DNA from: a virus | Taxonomy: Duplodnaviria > Caudoviricetes | Length of the DNA stretch: 64,000 bases | Direction: 5' to 3' (one strand) | IMG/VR virus record: IMGVR_UViG_3300024331_000007 | Location: 32,001-96,000 of that record | Shown here: positions 42,535 to 52,819 of the stretch, one piece after another | Numbering within the stretch: the stretch's first letter is position 1 | Layout of the letters: each line of letters begins with the position of its first letter | Notes under the pieces: model-generated | Database searches by the model: none | Seen by the model: the letters and a program-made list of their open reading frames with translations, nothing else | What the model was told of the DNA's origin: nothing | Position numbers and translations under genes: made by a program

Positions 42535-43119
42535 ATGAAAGTTGCAGAACTATTTGAGGGTGTGAACACCAATATTCTCGTTGTTGATGTTCAACCGGGA
42601 TACCGCCATCATTGTAATCGTATTGCTGGAAAGGTTTGCAATCTGCTAAACCAGCAATCAGGCAAGAAAGTTGTAATGTTCAACAGCGAAGAATTGACCA
42701 ACGACACGCTTGAGGATGTTCAGCAATACTACATGGATTATGACTTGGACCCTGAGTTGATTGAAGACGGTTCCATCAAGTTTGTGGAGAAGGAATATGC
42801 ATTTTTTCGAGATTGGATGGATAATGGTATTAGCGACCATATAATCATTAAAGTAGTCCGAGCAATGGTAATGCAAAGGGTTAATAGTAGTGAAGATTTA
42901 GATTTATCAGACATATTATATGAAGATGAACTTGAACAAGTTGATGATTTGGAAGGCGGCGCTATTTATTTACCATATTGGGCCAATATTGCCGAATTGA
43001 AACAACTGAGTCCGTTTTACATGTGTGGCGGTGGTCGTAAAGAGTGTCTGCGAGAAATCGAGCTAATCTGCAACGCATTCAACATTAGATACAAACGAAT
43101 AGATTCACTTATATATTAA
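42535..43119 (+). CDS. Isochorismatase/cysteine-hydrolase-like fold protein
   Basis: ILVVDVQP near the N-terminus, CGGGRKECL near the C-terminus. Confidence 0.5.
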   Translation: MKVAELFEGVNTNILVVDVQPGYRHHCNRIAGKVCNLLNQQSGKKVVMFNSEELTNDTLEDVQQYYMDYDLDPELIEDGSIKFVEKEYAFFRDWMDNGISDHIIIKVVRAMVMQRVNSSEDLDLSDILYEDELEQVDDLEGGAIYLPYWANIAELKQLSPFYMCGGGRKECLREIELICNAFNIRYKRIDSLIY

Positions 43120-43128
43120 AAGGAACAA

Positions 43129-43782
43129 ATGATTATTGGTTTGAATGGCCTCATTGGGTCTGGAAAGGGCGCGGCATCGGATTATCTGCAAACAAAACAT
43201 AACTTCCAACATCTTAGTTTTGCAGATTCGTTAAAACATGCAGTTTCGGCGATTTTTGGTTGGTCGTTTGAAATGTTAAAGGGAGCGACACCTGAAAGTC
43301 GCGCATGGCGTGAGCAAATTGATCCGTGGTGGGCCAATAGGCTTAACATTCCTGACCTTACACCTCGTTGGATTCTACAACAATGGGGAACAGAAGTGGG
43401 CCGTCGCAGTTTTCATCCTGATATTTGGGTAGCAGCCCTCGAAAACAAGATTGTAAATTCGATAGGCGATTTTGTTATTGACGATTGCCGTTTTGCCAAC
43501 GAAATGGATATTATCCGTAAAAATAACGGAGCACTAGTTCGTATCAATCGCGGAGCATTGCCAGAGTGGTATGGAACTGCACTCAGTCAGTTGTCTCTTC
43601 AGAACGTTTATGGCAATGATCCAGATTATGTTGATGTGATGGCAACAAAATACCCCGATGTTCACGTAAGCGAATGGGGATGGGTTAACCAGCCTTTTAA
43701 CTATGAAGTGGAAAACAACGGAACACTGAAAGAATTACACGCCAAACTGGATGAAATCGTCGAAACCGAAGCGACCAAATAA
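43129..43782 (+). CDS. Deoxynucleoside monophosphate kinase (T4 gp1-like)
   Basis: IIGLNGLIGSGK, SFADSLK, LQQWGTEVGR, VIDDCRFANE. Confidence 0.92.
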   Translation: MIIGLNGLIGSGKGAASDYLQTKHNFQHLSFADSLKHAVSAIFGWSFEMLKGATPESRAWREQIDPWWANRLNIPDLTPRWILQQWGTEVGRRSFHPDIWVAALENKIVNSIGDFVIDDCRFANEMDIIRKNNGALVRINRGALPEWYGTALSQLSLQNVYGNDPDYVDVMATKYPDVHVSEWGWVNQPFNYEVENNGTLKELHAKLDEIVETEATK

Positions 43783-43798
43783 GGTCGCTTTTGTTTTT
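43768..43798 (+). terminator. Rho-independent terminator
   Basis: AAGCGACC-AAATAA-GGTCGCTT plus T-run. Confidence 0.75.
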
Positions 43799-43952
43799 GA
43801 CCTCTATTTATCGAAAACCCCCAAAAATCAAAAATGACCTTTCAATCAATACCTCGTTAAACAGCCCTGTTTGATAGTAGATTGCTAAATATCTTCAGAC
43901 GCAGCATATAGTCCTGCATAAGGGACACATGTAAGTTTAACGAGGAGAATCC

Positions 43953-46900
43953 ATGAGCACACAGCAAATCTCACCGGGAGTTCAAGTAACCATTGTAGAC
44001 CAGACACAGTTCACGTCTGCTCCAGCGGGTACAGTCCCATTTATTCTTGTTGCAACTGCCGAGAATAAGCTAAATCAAAGCAACACTCTTGCTCAATTCA
44101 CAACTGCTAACACAGCAGGACAAATCTTTCTTGAAACAAGCCAACGTAGTTTGGTTAATGATTTCGGCGCACCAATTTTCGAGAATGTGCAGGGTACTCC
44201 AGTTAATGCCAGCGAACAGAATGAATATGGCTTGATGACAGCATATTCCTCTCTTGGTGTTAGCGATGCTGCATACATCATGCGAGCACCAATTGACTTG
44301 AACGTTCTTTCAGGTTCATTGACTGCTCCAGTTGGCAACCCACCAAACGGAACACTATGGCTTGATACAACAGCCACAAGCTGGGGACTATTCCAGTTTG
44401 ATGCTGCAACATTGACATTCCAGCCAATCGTTCCAACAAATGTTTCGGGTCAGGCAAAGTTGTTCGTTATCGATAACCCTGCTCAAACAACTGGAAACAT
44501 CAGCAGCCTACTTTCATTCTTGGGAGCAAACTGCCAGCCTCTTTCCTCAATCGGAAAGCCGGGGGACTATGCAATTGTTCCAGCAAACGACAGCAATCCA
44601 GTTTGGTTCCAGAATAGTTCTGGAGTTTGGGTTCTTGTTGGATCAAAGGCATGGCAGGATTCAGTTCCCGCCGTTGTTGGAACTGTTGCAAACCCAACAG
44701 CCGTCACAGGTAACTTGGTTATCAACGGGACAAACGTTGTGTTCTCATCTGCAAGTCTTTCATCAATTGTTGCGAACATTAATGCAGCGGCAATCGCAGG
44801 TGTAAATGCAGTTGCAGTTTCAAACCGCGTAGCTTTAACAGTTGATCTTCTTGCAAACGGAACTGGAAACGCAGTTGTTTCTGGTAACGTCACAGCTAAT
44901 ATTGGAATCACATCGGCTACTTACTTTGCTCCAGCCTATGAAGCAAGCCCATTCACACAGATTCCTCATTGGAATCCAACTGATCCAACACCAGAACCAA
45001 CAGGATCGGTTTGGTTCAACACAACGCCACAGCAGGAAGGCGCAAACATTATTGTTCGCGAATACGTGAGCAGCAGCAATTCATTTGTTGTCGAGAGCGT
45101 AACAATTGCAGATAATGATGCCGCCGTAAACCTAGTACTCGATCCAATTGGTGGAGGAATCAATATTCCAACTGGTTCGTTGTATCTTGAAACTGGCGCA
45201 TTCGGCTCAAATGCAGCATCTTTATTGCTTGAACGTATTGCAGGTGCCACAATCGTTACAGGAACAGTTGCAAATGCAGCCATTCTGAACGCTTCAACAC
45301 TCCAGATCAACACTGCTGAAGCGGGTGTCGGTTCCTTCTTGGGTAACGTCACAGTTACTGTTACAGGAACAGGCGCATCCAACCTTGTTGCCGCAATCAA
45401 CGCAGCATCAATCGTTGGAATCGGTGCAGGTTTGACAACAGATGGCAGAGTATTCATCGAAAATACAACAGGTGCAACATTCTTCCTATATGATGGAACC
45501 AATACTCCTTTGGCAACCGCTGGAATTACAGCACCTGCCAAGGTAAGTAACTGGGTAGCACCAGCTTATGTTGTGAGTGCAACCGCACCTACTGCTGATC
45601 CAGCAAATGGTTCAATTTGGTACTATGACGATCCAACTGTTGCTGATATTTTGGTTAACATTGGAAATGCATGGGCCAGCTATCGCACAGTTTCGGCTGA
45701 TGTTCGTGGTTTCAATTTGACCTTGACTGACGTAAACGGACCAATTGTTGCCTCCAGCGCACCATTGACACAAAGCAATGGTAATGCTCTTGCTTTCGGT
45801 GATCTTTGGATCAATACCTCTGATTTGAGCAATCTCCCAAGCATCTATCGATTCAGCACAGGTAATGTTTGGACTCAGATCAATAACACAGATCATACAG
45901 GCGCAAATGGAATTATCTTTGCTGATGCTCGTTGGTCTGCTTTCGGAAACGTCGATCCCGGTTTGGGAATTTTAACACCAATCAGCACATTGCTGACTGT
46001 TGCCCCTGCCGTTCTCGATCCAGATGCGCCAAGCTATGCTTTGTATCCTCGCGGTACATTGCTATTCAATACTCGTCGCAGCGGTTTCAACGTAAAGGAA
46101 TTTGAAACCAACTACTTTGCACCATCTAGCGGAGCGCAGTTCCTTGACACATGGGTAACTCTAAGTGGAAACAACGAAAGCGGAGTTGCTTTCCAAGGTG
46201 CTTCAGCACAACGCAATGTGGTTGTTAAGGCAATGATTTCAGCATTGGAGAATAGCTCACAGCTTCTTGATGAGTTTTACAACTTCAATCTTATGGCTGC
46301 ACCGGGCTATCCAGAATTGTTGCCAGCATTGGTTTCTATCAATGAAGCTCGTGGTGAAACAGCGTTCGTGGTAGCAGACAGTCCATTAACATTGGCTGCT
46401 AATGCAAATACCTTGAACACATGGGCCAACAATCTCAATCAGGCAACAACTGATGGAGTCGATGGCTTGACAACATTCTATGATTACGCTGCCGTTTACT
46501 ATCCAGCAGGTTTGACAACAGACTTGAGCGGCAACAACATCGTAGTTCCAAGCAGCTTCATGGCATTGCCAACAATTATCCAGAGCGATGCGGTTTCCTT
46601 CCCTTGGTTTGCACCAGCGGGAGCAAGACGCGGAGTTGTAACTAATGTTTCCTCTATCGGATATGTAGATGAGCAAACTGGGTCCTTTGTTACAAACAGC
46701 ATTTCGAAGGCATTGCGCGATATTCTATATCCTGCATTTGTAAATCCAATTACCAACTTTAATGCTGGTGGTGGAATCCAGATTTACGGACAGAAGACTC
46801 GCAGCGGTCAGAATACTGAACTAAGCCGCATCAACGTGGCTCGTTTGGTTATCTATCTCCGTCAGGCTTTGACTCAGATTGGTGGTCAGTATGTTTTCGA

Positions 46901-47156
46901 ACAGAATGATTCCATAACTCGTCACGGTATTGCTTTCCAGATTGGTGAGTTTCTAAAGAGCATTCAAGCTAAGCGTGGCATCACTGACTACGCAGTTGTT
47001 TGCGACTTGACGAACAACACTCCAGCGACAATCGACGCCAACGAACTATTCGTGGACGTTGCAATCGCACCAACCACAACAGCGGAATTTATCTATATTC
47101 CAGTAACTTTGGTTGGACAGGGTGTAATTACAACAAGCACAGTAACTGCTGGCTAA
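43953..47156 (+). CDS. gp18: Contractile tail sheath protein (gp18-like, with insertion domains)
   Basis: SPGVQV, PWFAPAG..RG, YG.KT, RINVARL, AEFIYIP. Confidence 0.93.
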   Translation: MSTQQISPGVQVTIVDQTQFTSAPAGTVPFILVATAENKLNQSNTLAQFTTANTAGQIFLETSQRSLVNDFGAPIFENVQGTPVNASEQNEYGLMTAYSSLGVSDAAYIMRAPIDLNVLSGSLTAPVGNPPNGTLWLDTTATSWGLFQFDAATLTFQPIVPTNVSGQAKLFVIDNPAQTTGNISSLLSFLGANCQPLSSIGKPGDYAIVPANDSNPVWFQNSSGVWVLVGSKAWQDSVPAVVGTVANPTAVTGNLVINGTNVVFSSASLSSIVANINAAAIAGVNAVAVSNRVALTVDLLANGTGNAVVSGNVTANIGITSATYFAPAYEASPFTQIPHWNPTDPTPEPTGSVWFNTTPQQEGANIIVREYVSSSNSFVVESVTIADNDAAVNLVLDPIGGGINIPTGSLYLETGAFGSNAASLLLERIAGATIVTGTVANAAILNASTLQINTAEAGVGSFLGNVTVTVTGTGASNLVAAINAASIVGIGAGLTTDGRVFIENTTGATFFLYDGTNTPLATAGITAPAKVSNWVAPAYVVSATAPTADPANGSIWYYDDPTVADILVNIGNAWASYRTVSADVRGFNLTLTDVNGPIVASSAPLTQSNGNALAFGDLWINTSDLSNLPSIYRFSTGNVWTQINNTDHTGANGIIFADARWSAFGNVDPGLGILTPISTLLTVAPAVLDPDAPSYALYPRGTLLFNTRRSGFNVKEFETNYFAPSSGAQFLDTWVTLSGNNESGVAFQGASAQRNVVVKAMISALENSSQLLDEFYNFNLMAAPGYPELLPALVSINEARGETAFVVADSPLTLAANANTLNTWANNLNQATTDGVDGLTTFYDYAAVYYPAGLTTDLSGNNIVVPSSFMALPTIIQSDAVSFPWFAPAGARRGVVTNVSSIGYVDEQTGSFVTNSISKALRDILYPAFVNPITNFNAGGGIQIYGQKTRSGQNTELSRINVARLVIYLRQALTQIGGQYVFEQNDSITRHGIAFQIGEFLKSIQAKRGITDYAVVCDLTNNTPATIDANELFVDVAIAPTTTAEFIYIPVTLVGQGVITTSTVTAG

Positions 47157-47174
47157 ATCCTAAGGTTACGATAG

Positions 47175-47203
47175 AAGAGAGGCTGAATTTCAGCCTCTTT
47201 TTT
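47175..47203 (+). terminator. Rho-independent terminator
   Basis: AGAGGCTGAA-T-TTCAGCCTCT plus T-run. Confidence 0.8.
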
Positions 47204-47273
47204 ATGCTCATTTTCGAAATTTATGGTGATTGACTAAATACATGCAGAAGAAAATCTTCTGGAGAATAGAAAA

Positions 47274-47885
47274 ATGGCTACTGCATCGCTACTTAATTTC
47301 ACCGTTCCTCTCTCGGATATTGGAGAGGCAGCTAGTGGACAGGGCTTGATCATGCCAAAACTCAAGTACAGATTTCGTATTCTGTTCATTGGGTTTGGTG
47401 TTTCAACTGACACTACAGAATTGACTAAGCAGGTTATCGACTTCAAACGTCCTTCCGTAAAGTTCGATGAACAGGTCATTGATGTTTATAACTCCAAAGT
47501 ACACTATGCTGGAAAGCCAGCTTGGGACCCAACAACTGTAACCCTCCGTGATGATATGCTGGGAAACATTCAGTCGTTGGTTGGTCAACAGATGCAGCGC
47601 CAGTTCGATTTCTTGAATCAGGCTTCAGCTTCCTCGGCGTCTGATTACAAGTTCGAAATGCTCTGCCAGATGCTTGATGGTGGAAATGGACTCAGCGAAC
47701 CAACAATCCTCGAAACATGGGACTTGGTTGGTTGCTATGTTAGCAATGCTGATTATGATTCGCTTGATTACAAGACTTCAGACCCGGTAACAGTCAAGTT
47801 GAACATCGTATTCGATAACGCAATCCAGACTCAGTTTGGTATTGGTACTGCTGTTCCTCGTACCCTCGGCGTCCTAGCAACCTAA
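47274..47885 (+). CDS. gp19: Tail tube protein (gp19-like)
   Basis: PKLKYRFR, YAGKPAWDP.TVTLRDD, LETW.L.GC, follows the sheath. Confidence 0.9.
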   Translation: MATASLLNFTVPLSDIGEAASGQGLIMPKLKYRFRILFIGFGVSTDTTELTKQVIDFKRPSVKFDEQVIDVYNSKVHYAGKPAWDPTTVTLRDDMLGNIQSLVGQQMQRQFDFLNQASASSASDYKFEMLCQMLDGGNGLSEPTILETWDLVGCYVSNADYDSLDYKTSDPVTVKLNIVFDNAIQTQFGIGTAVPRTLGVLAT

Positions 47886-47898
47886 TAGGAACGTTTTG

Positions 47899-47933
47899 AA
47901 AAGGCCCGTCTTTGTGATGGGCCTTTTTCTTTT
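47899..47933 (+). terminator. Rho-independent terminator
   Basis: AAAAGGCCC-N-GGGCCTTTT plus T-run. Confidence 0.8.
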
Positions 47934-47948
47934 GGGCTAAATAATAAT

Positions 47949-49178
47949 ATGGGAACTCTTGGATCAATTTTAAGCACAGGAATTAATGCTGTGAAGCGTC
48001 AGTCGTCTGACCACTTCACTACCTTGCGCGATTATCAACACGCAAGCAAGATTTTTCGACCAAATAACAGTTCTCTACTACCAAAAAGCAAAAATTGGTT
48101 TCATATTTTCTTTGAATTGGACCCAGCAGCAATTACAGCAGTAAATACTGCTCTTGCTGGAGCCGATGCTAACTTCAGAATCAATTGGGACCCAGATAAT
48201 TTGCCGATTCTCGGCATTCTGGCGAAAACAGTTAAACTACCCGGTTTTAAATTTGACGTTAAGAAAAACAACCAGTACAACCGATGGAGTCTGACAACGA
48301 CAAAGGTCAATTACGACCCCGTTGAGATAAGTTTCTGGGACGATACAGTCGATACGATTCGCGGATTTTGGTATGCGTACTATCAATACATGGTACAAGA
48401 CCCTAATTACGTCAGCTTCCAAGCCGCTCAGAGTCAGGGTATCGCAATTCCCTTTCAATGGATGCCAAGCATTCCTAATTTGGAGACTCTATATAGTACT
48501 CCATCAAATTGGGGAGTAAATTATGGCTTGGATACTGTCTCGTCTTCGGCAAACGTTAATGCTGTAGTGAGTTCTGCGCTGAACAGAACCAATCCATTCT
48601 TCAGAAGCATAAGAATTTACCAATTCAACCGTCAAACAAACGCCGATCCTTCGATTGGCCCACAATATTCAGAATATGTACTTGTAAATCCTGTAATTTC
48701 AAGTTTTGCCCATGATACTGTTGATTTTTCGTCTTCGGAATACATGCAAAACAAGATGACTGTAGAATTTGAAACGGTTCTTTACAATGCAGGCTTGGTT
48801 AATGATGATGAAATCGCAAGTTGGGATGCAGTGTTACAACGATTCTTTGATAACACGCCAAGTCCTCTGGCAGGAACAAATCCAAACCTTAACGAAGCAA
48901 ATCAATTGGGTTCTGTACTCGCATCTTCATTTGTTCTTGGAACGGAAGCAGTTCAATTGGGCAGGAATACAGGCCAAGCAACTACTGCAACAGTTTTGAC
49001 CGCAGCTATTGGCACGGCAACCACGATTGAATCAGCAATTAGCGGCCCTTCAAATCTTCAACTACAGGTTCCAACAGTTGTAGATGGTTATGGAACATCT
49101 GGTCAGCCGCCAAGTCTTCCAACACAGCTTATTCAGTCTGGAATTGTGCCGCTCATCGCTACAAAGGCAGGTGTGTAA
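47949..49178 (+). CDS. Tube-like baseplate/tube initiator protein (gp54/gp48-like)
   Basis: VKLPGFKFD, VNYDPVEISFWDD, LVNPVIS...TVEFETV (tube-fold pattern). Confidence 0.6.
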   Translation: MGTLGSILSTGINAVKRQSSDHFTTLRDYQHASKIFRPNNSSLLPKSKNWFHIFFELDPAAITAVNTALAGADANFRINWDPDNLPILGILAKTVKLPGFKFDVKKNNQYNRWSLTTTKVNYDPVEISFWDDTVDTIRGFWYAYYQYMVQDPNYVSFQAAQSQGIAIPFQWMPSIPNLETLYSTPSNWGVNYGLDTVSSSANVNAVVSSALNRTNPFFRSIRIYQFNRQTNADPSIGPQYSEYVLVNPVISSFAHDTVDFSSSEYMQNKMTVEFETVLYNAGLVNDDEIASWDAVLQRFFDNTPSPLAGTNPNLNEANQLGSVLASSFVLGTEAVQLGRNTGQATTATVLTAAIGTATTIESAISGPSNLQLQVPTVVDGYGTSGQPPSLPTQLIQSGIVPLIATKAGV

Positions 49179-49181
49179 ACT

Positions 49182-49493
49182 ATGGCAACCCTACAAACCA
49201 ACAATAATGCTATAGAACGCAACAGTTTTGATTATGCTCGGGCGTTCGCCGAGACTCAAAGTACCAATCCAACTATTGTAACTGAGTTGGAACAATCGTA
49301 TGTCCTTATTTCGCAGAATTTGGGGATCAGTGTATTCGACTTTATTCGGCTTTTAGAGAGTAAAGGCGATACGGCTCAGCAAGCAGTGTTTCTGGCTGCT
49401 CAATTAAACAGTGTTCGTCCTCGTAATGCTCTGTTGGGAGTGTCACCAACTAACAATACTCCAGCTTTTGTCTCGCGGGAGATAGCAGCATAG
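49182..49493 (+). CDS. Hypothetical virion-module protein
   Basis: 103-aa ORF in the structural operon. Confidence 0.7.
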   Translation: MATLQTNNNAIERNSFDYARAFAETQSTNPTIVTELEQSYVLISQNLGISVFDFIRLLESKGDTAQQAVFLAAQLNSVRPRNALLGVSPTNNTPAFVSREIAA

Positions 49494-49500
49494 GAGTAAC

Positions 49501-49935
49501 ATGGCAAACAAATTCCACAAATCGTTCTACATCATTAAGAACAAAGCTAAGTACATCGGGCGCAGACAGCCAATTTGCAGAAGCAGTTGGGAAAGCACCT
49601 TCTGTATCTTTTTGGATAACCATCCATCTGTCTTGCAGTGGGCAAGTGAGAGCGTTGCTATTCCCTATCGCGATCCATTGACCAATAAAGAGAAGCGTTA
49701 TTATCCAGATTTCTTTATGGTTTATGTGGATGCTATGGGCCAGAAGCATGCTGAGTTAATTGAAATCAAACCAGCTTCTCAAACGGGCCAAAAAAAGACA
49801 AAGAGCAAGCTGAACAATGCTCAGATTATTAAGAATCACGCAAAATGGAATGCCGCGCTACAGTATTGCGCGAAAAATGGAATACAGTTTAGGCTTTTGA
49901 CCGAAAACGAGATATTCAAAGCAGGTAAAAAGTAG
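49501..49935 (+). CDS. gp4: Head completion nuclease, T4 gp4-like (TnsA-N fold)
   Basis: RSSWE, WASE.VAIPY, YYPDF, IEIKP, KW.AA. Confidence 0.88.
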   Translation: MANKFHKSFYIIKNKAKYIGRRQPICRSSWESTFCIFLDNHPSVLQWASESVAIPYRDPLTNKEKRYYPDFFMVYVDAMGQKHAELIEIKPASQTGQKKTKSKLNNAQIIKNHAKWNAALQYCAKNGIQFRLLTENEIFKAGKK

Positions 49936-49948
49936 GTATAATATAAGA

Positions 49949-50926
49949 ATGAGACGATTGTCAACAGAAGAGTTTATTCAAAAAGCAACAGCTATTCATA
50001 AGGATAGGTATGACTATAGTGCTGTTGTTTATACTCAATCAAAGGAAAAAGTAAATATAAAATGTAGCATACATGGAATGTTTCAGCAAACTCCAAATCG
50101 TCATTTGAACGGAGACGGATGTATCAAATGTGGGTTTTCCGCAATGAAAACAGCAAGGCGCATGACGACAGAGAATTTTATCAGAAACGCGAAAAAACGT
50201 CATAAGAATCAATACGATTACAGAGAAACCAAATATGTTAACAGTAGAACTAAAGTTTGGATTACGTGTAAGAAACACGGAAGATTTCAACAATTAGCTT
50301 CTGCTCATTTGTTGGGTATAGGATGTTTTGAATGTGGTAGAAAACGGGCTAACGACTCACTTTTGTTAGATACTTCCCATTTTATCAAAAAAGCGCAGTC
50401 TGTGCATGGAAATAGATTTTCATATAAAAAGTCTAAGTATAAGAACATCACAACAAATATTTGTATAACTTGTAAAATACATGGAGATTTTTTACAAAAA
50501 CCAAACACTCATTATGCTGGGGCTGGCTGTCAAAAATGTCAGGAATCAAGAGGGGAAAGCGCAATTAGACGTGTTTTAGAATCTAAAGGCATTATGTTTG
50601 CTAAAGAGCATCGTATGCGCGGTTGCATTCTTAAACGAGAGTTACCATTTGACTTTGCAATTTTTGAAAATCAAAAACTAAAAGGGCTTGTTGAGTATCA
50701 GGGGAAACAACATTACCTGCTTGGAAGTTTTGGTTCTAAATCGGATTCTATAGAAACACAGAAGAAGAATTTGCAATTGGTAAAGCGCAGAGATAGCGCA
50801 AAAGTTAGATTTTGTCAAAAGCGTAATTTACCGCTACTTACTATACCGTACTGGGAATTAAAAAATGTTACCAGTATTTTGGGTCAATTTATAAGTAACA
50901 TATTGACACAGAAGGAAGACTTATGA
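49949..50926 (+). CDS. Homing endonuclease: DUF723-like repeats plus PD-(D/E)xK domain (paralog of 39573..40514)
   Basis: CxxHG.F.Q...H..G.GC x3; LPFDFA..VEYQGKQH. Confidence 0.8.
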   Translation: MRRLSTEEFIQKATAIHKDRYDYSAVVYTQSKEKVNIKCSIHGMFQQTPNRHLNGDGCIKCGFSAMKTARRMTTENFIRNAKKRHKNQYDYRETKYVNSRTKVWITCKKHGRFQQLASAHLLGIGCFECGRKRANDSLLLDTSHFIKKAQSVHGNRFSYKKSKYKNITTNICITCKIHGDFLQKPNTHYAGAGCQKCQESRGESAIRRVLESKGIMFAKEHRMRGCILKRELPFDFAIFENQKLKGLVEYQGKQHYLLGSFGSKSDSIETQKKNLQLVKRRDSAKVRFCQKRNLPLLTIPYWELKNVTSILGQFISNILTQKEDL

Positions 50927-51438
50927 AAATCAATACGAATCTTGAAGATGAGTTCAATCTGTCACCTATGTCATTGGACGAGTCAGAAGTAAACGAAGAA
51001 GCAGAAGAAACAGCCATTGAGCTACAAAATGAACCGACTACCATTGCTCATTATAAGGAACTTGACAAAATTGAGGCCGCTTTGCCACAAGTATTTGGTT
51101 TGGATGCTTCAGATAAGGAATTTGACGAATTGGCAGAATATGGCATTCAGGCTCATAAGGATTTGATGGAGCTTTCAAACAATATTGAACAGAGATTCGC
51201 CGCAGATGTGGCGTCGGCTGCTGGAAACATGCTTGGACACGCCATCAATGCCAGAACCAACAAGATCAAGAAAAAGCTGGATATGATTACACTCCAGCTA
51301 AAGAAGCAACTGGCCGATCACAAGACCAAAACCCTTGCAGAACCAGAAGAATTAGAGGGCGAGGGACAACTTTTGGATCGAAATGACATCCTCGCTCATC
51401 TTTTGGGGAAACCCGTTCAAAACAATGGAAAATCATAA
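50923..51438 (+). CDS. Putative terminase small subunit
   Basis: Helical pattern and C-terminal LDRNDIL reminiscent of gp16; position in the packaging region. Confidence 0.4.
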   Translation: MKINTNLEDEFNLSPMSLDESEVNEEAEETAIELQNEPTTIAHYKELDKIEAALPQVFGLDASDKEFDELAEYGIQAHKDLMELSNNIEQRFAADVASAAGNMLGHAINARTNKIKKKLDMITLQLKKQLADHKTKTLAEPEELEGEGQLLDRNDILAHLLGKPVQNNGKS

Positions 51439-51457
51439 ATACAGCAGAGGTAATGCG

Positions 51458-52069
51458 ATGAAAAAGTTCAGCGAATTTTTGGCGGAAAGTGTCCGTAATT
51501 ACGAGTATAATGTCAAGTTGGCTTTCAAGCCTGACAATGAAATGATGGGTGCAATCGAAAACGCATTGCAGAAGTACAGCCTTGTGTCGATTACCGCACC
51601 AAAAAGTCTCCCAATCCAGCGCGTTGACAAGGACTTTCCCGGCTTCAAAGCTCCAGAAACCTATGTGTTCACCGTTGAACTTGCATACCCTTCCAGCGCA
51701 AACATGATTCGCCACACCATCGCCTCGGTTGGTTTCCAGTTTGAACAGGTTGCCGTTAGCTCACCTCAGCATGACGCCAGCATGGATAAGGAAGATAATG
51801 ATGTTGCTGCAAATACCAGCGACAAAGCATTACTTGATCGCCCATATGATCCACAGAACAACGAAGAAATCAGCGGTGAGAATTTCGGCGATAATTATAA
51901 TGATCGTCTAGTTAAGAACAGCATCGGCAGCACAGATCAGATGATACCTCGCGAATTTAAGCGCACAAATGGCAAAACTTTGAACGATAAAGAATTTAAA
52001 ATTGGCAAGGAGTCTGCTGTGGGGTCTAAACAGAATAAGATTCCTCCTGTGAAGTCTTTTGCTCGTTAA
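51458..52069 (+). CDS. Late protein with T4 CTS-like N-terminus (MKKFSEFLAE)
   Basis: TAAATA plus GAGG RBS; start matches the MKTYQEFIAE pattern. Confidence 0.7.
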   Translation: MKKFSEFLAESVRNYEYNVKLAFKPDNEMMGAIENALQKYSLVSITAPKSLPIQRVDKDFPGFKAPETYVFTVELAYPSSANMIRHTIASVGFQFEQVAVSSPQHDASMDKEDNDVAANTSDKALLDRPYDPQNNEEISGENFGDNYNDRLVKNSIGSTDQMIPREFKRTNGKTLNDKEFKIGKESAVGSKQNKIPPVKSFAR

Positions 52070-52712
52070 ATTTTTGCAAGCGAATTGCGCGGTTTCTTTT
52101 TGAATTAGGATTATTTTCGCCTATAAAATTAGCACGAAGTCGAGCTTTGTATTCATCCGAATGAGTTTTGCCGAACATTGGATTTTTATGGCCAATTTTA
52201 CTGTCGGATATTTTCTTTTTGGCTGCATCCGTTCGTTTTTGTCCAGTTCTCGATTTGGACATTTTCTTACGAGTTCCTTCAGAAAATTTCATTCCTTTTG
52301 TTGTGGCAATTGGTTTCTTTCCTTTCTTAACATCTGACATCTTTTTCTTAGCCACCGCGCTCATGGTTTTTCCTATAGCCGATTCTCGCATTTTTCTTTT
52401 AGTTTCTTCAGAATGTTTCCATCCACTTATTCCTTGACCGCCATTTGTTCTATTTCTTAGACAGCCAGTTCCTAAATCAAGTCTACCAAAAATTCTAATA
52501 AGGGCTATTTCTAGCGAACAGGCTTCTTTATTTGATAAACCATCAAAAATCTTGAGTATAAATTTTTTGTCTTTTGGTGGTTTAGCTCCACAATTGGTAT
52601 GTGGATGATGTGTTCTATATTTCTTTCCTTTACCAATATAATAAGGTGTTCCTGCCTCTCCGTTTGGTGAAGAGTGCTCTCTTAGGTAAGCATACACATA
52701 ATAAATAGACAT
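52026..52712 (-). CDS. GIY-YIG homing endonuclease with NUMOD3 repeats
   Basis: YYVYAY..PYYIGKG, FGRLDLGTGCLRNRTNGG, KHSEETKRKM. Confidence 0.9.
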   Translation of the reverse strand: MSIYYVYAYLREHSSPNGEAGTPYYIGKGKKYRTHHPHTNCGAKPPKDKKFILKIFDGLSNKEACSLEIALIRIFGRLDLGTGCLRNRTNGGQGISGWKHSEETKRKMRESAIGKTMSAVAKKKMSDVKKGKKPIATTKGMKFSEGTRKKMSKSRTGQKRTDAAKKKISDSKIGHKNPMFGKTHSDEYKARLRANFIGENNPNSKRNRAIRLQKFNEQKTSQEESYSV

Positions 52713-52777
52713 GGCTGATACTCCACTTTAGTATTAGAGCGATTGGGCCTGCCAGCCGCGAACCGCATAAGTATTTA
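52710..52777 (-). promoter_or_regulatory. Conserved structured leader of homing endonuclease gene (copy B)
   Basis: TAAATA-GCGGTTCGCGG..CCCAATCGC-CTAATACT..GGAGTATCAG-ATG. Confidence 0.75.
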
Positions 52778-52819
52778 TCTCAAAATCCACAGGTTACGCT
52801 AAATATTACTGAGGTTTCT

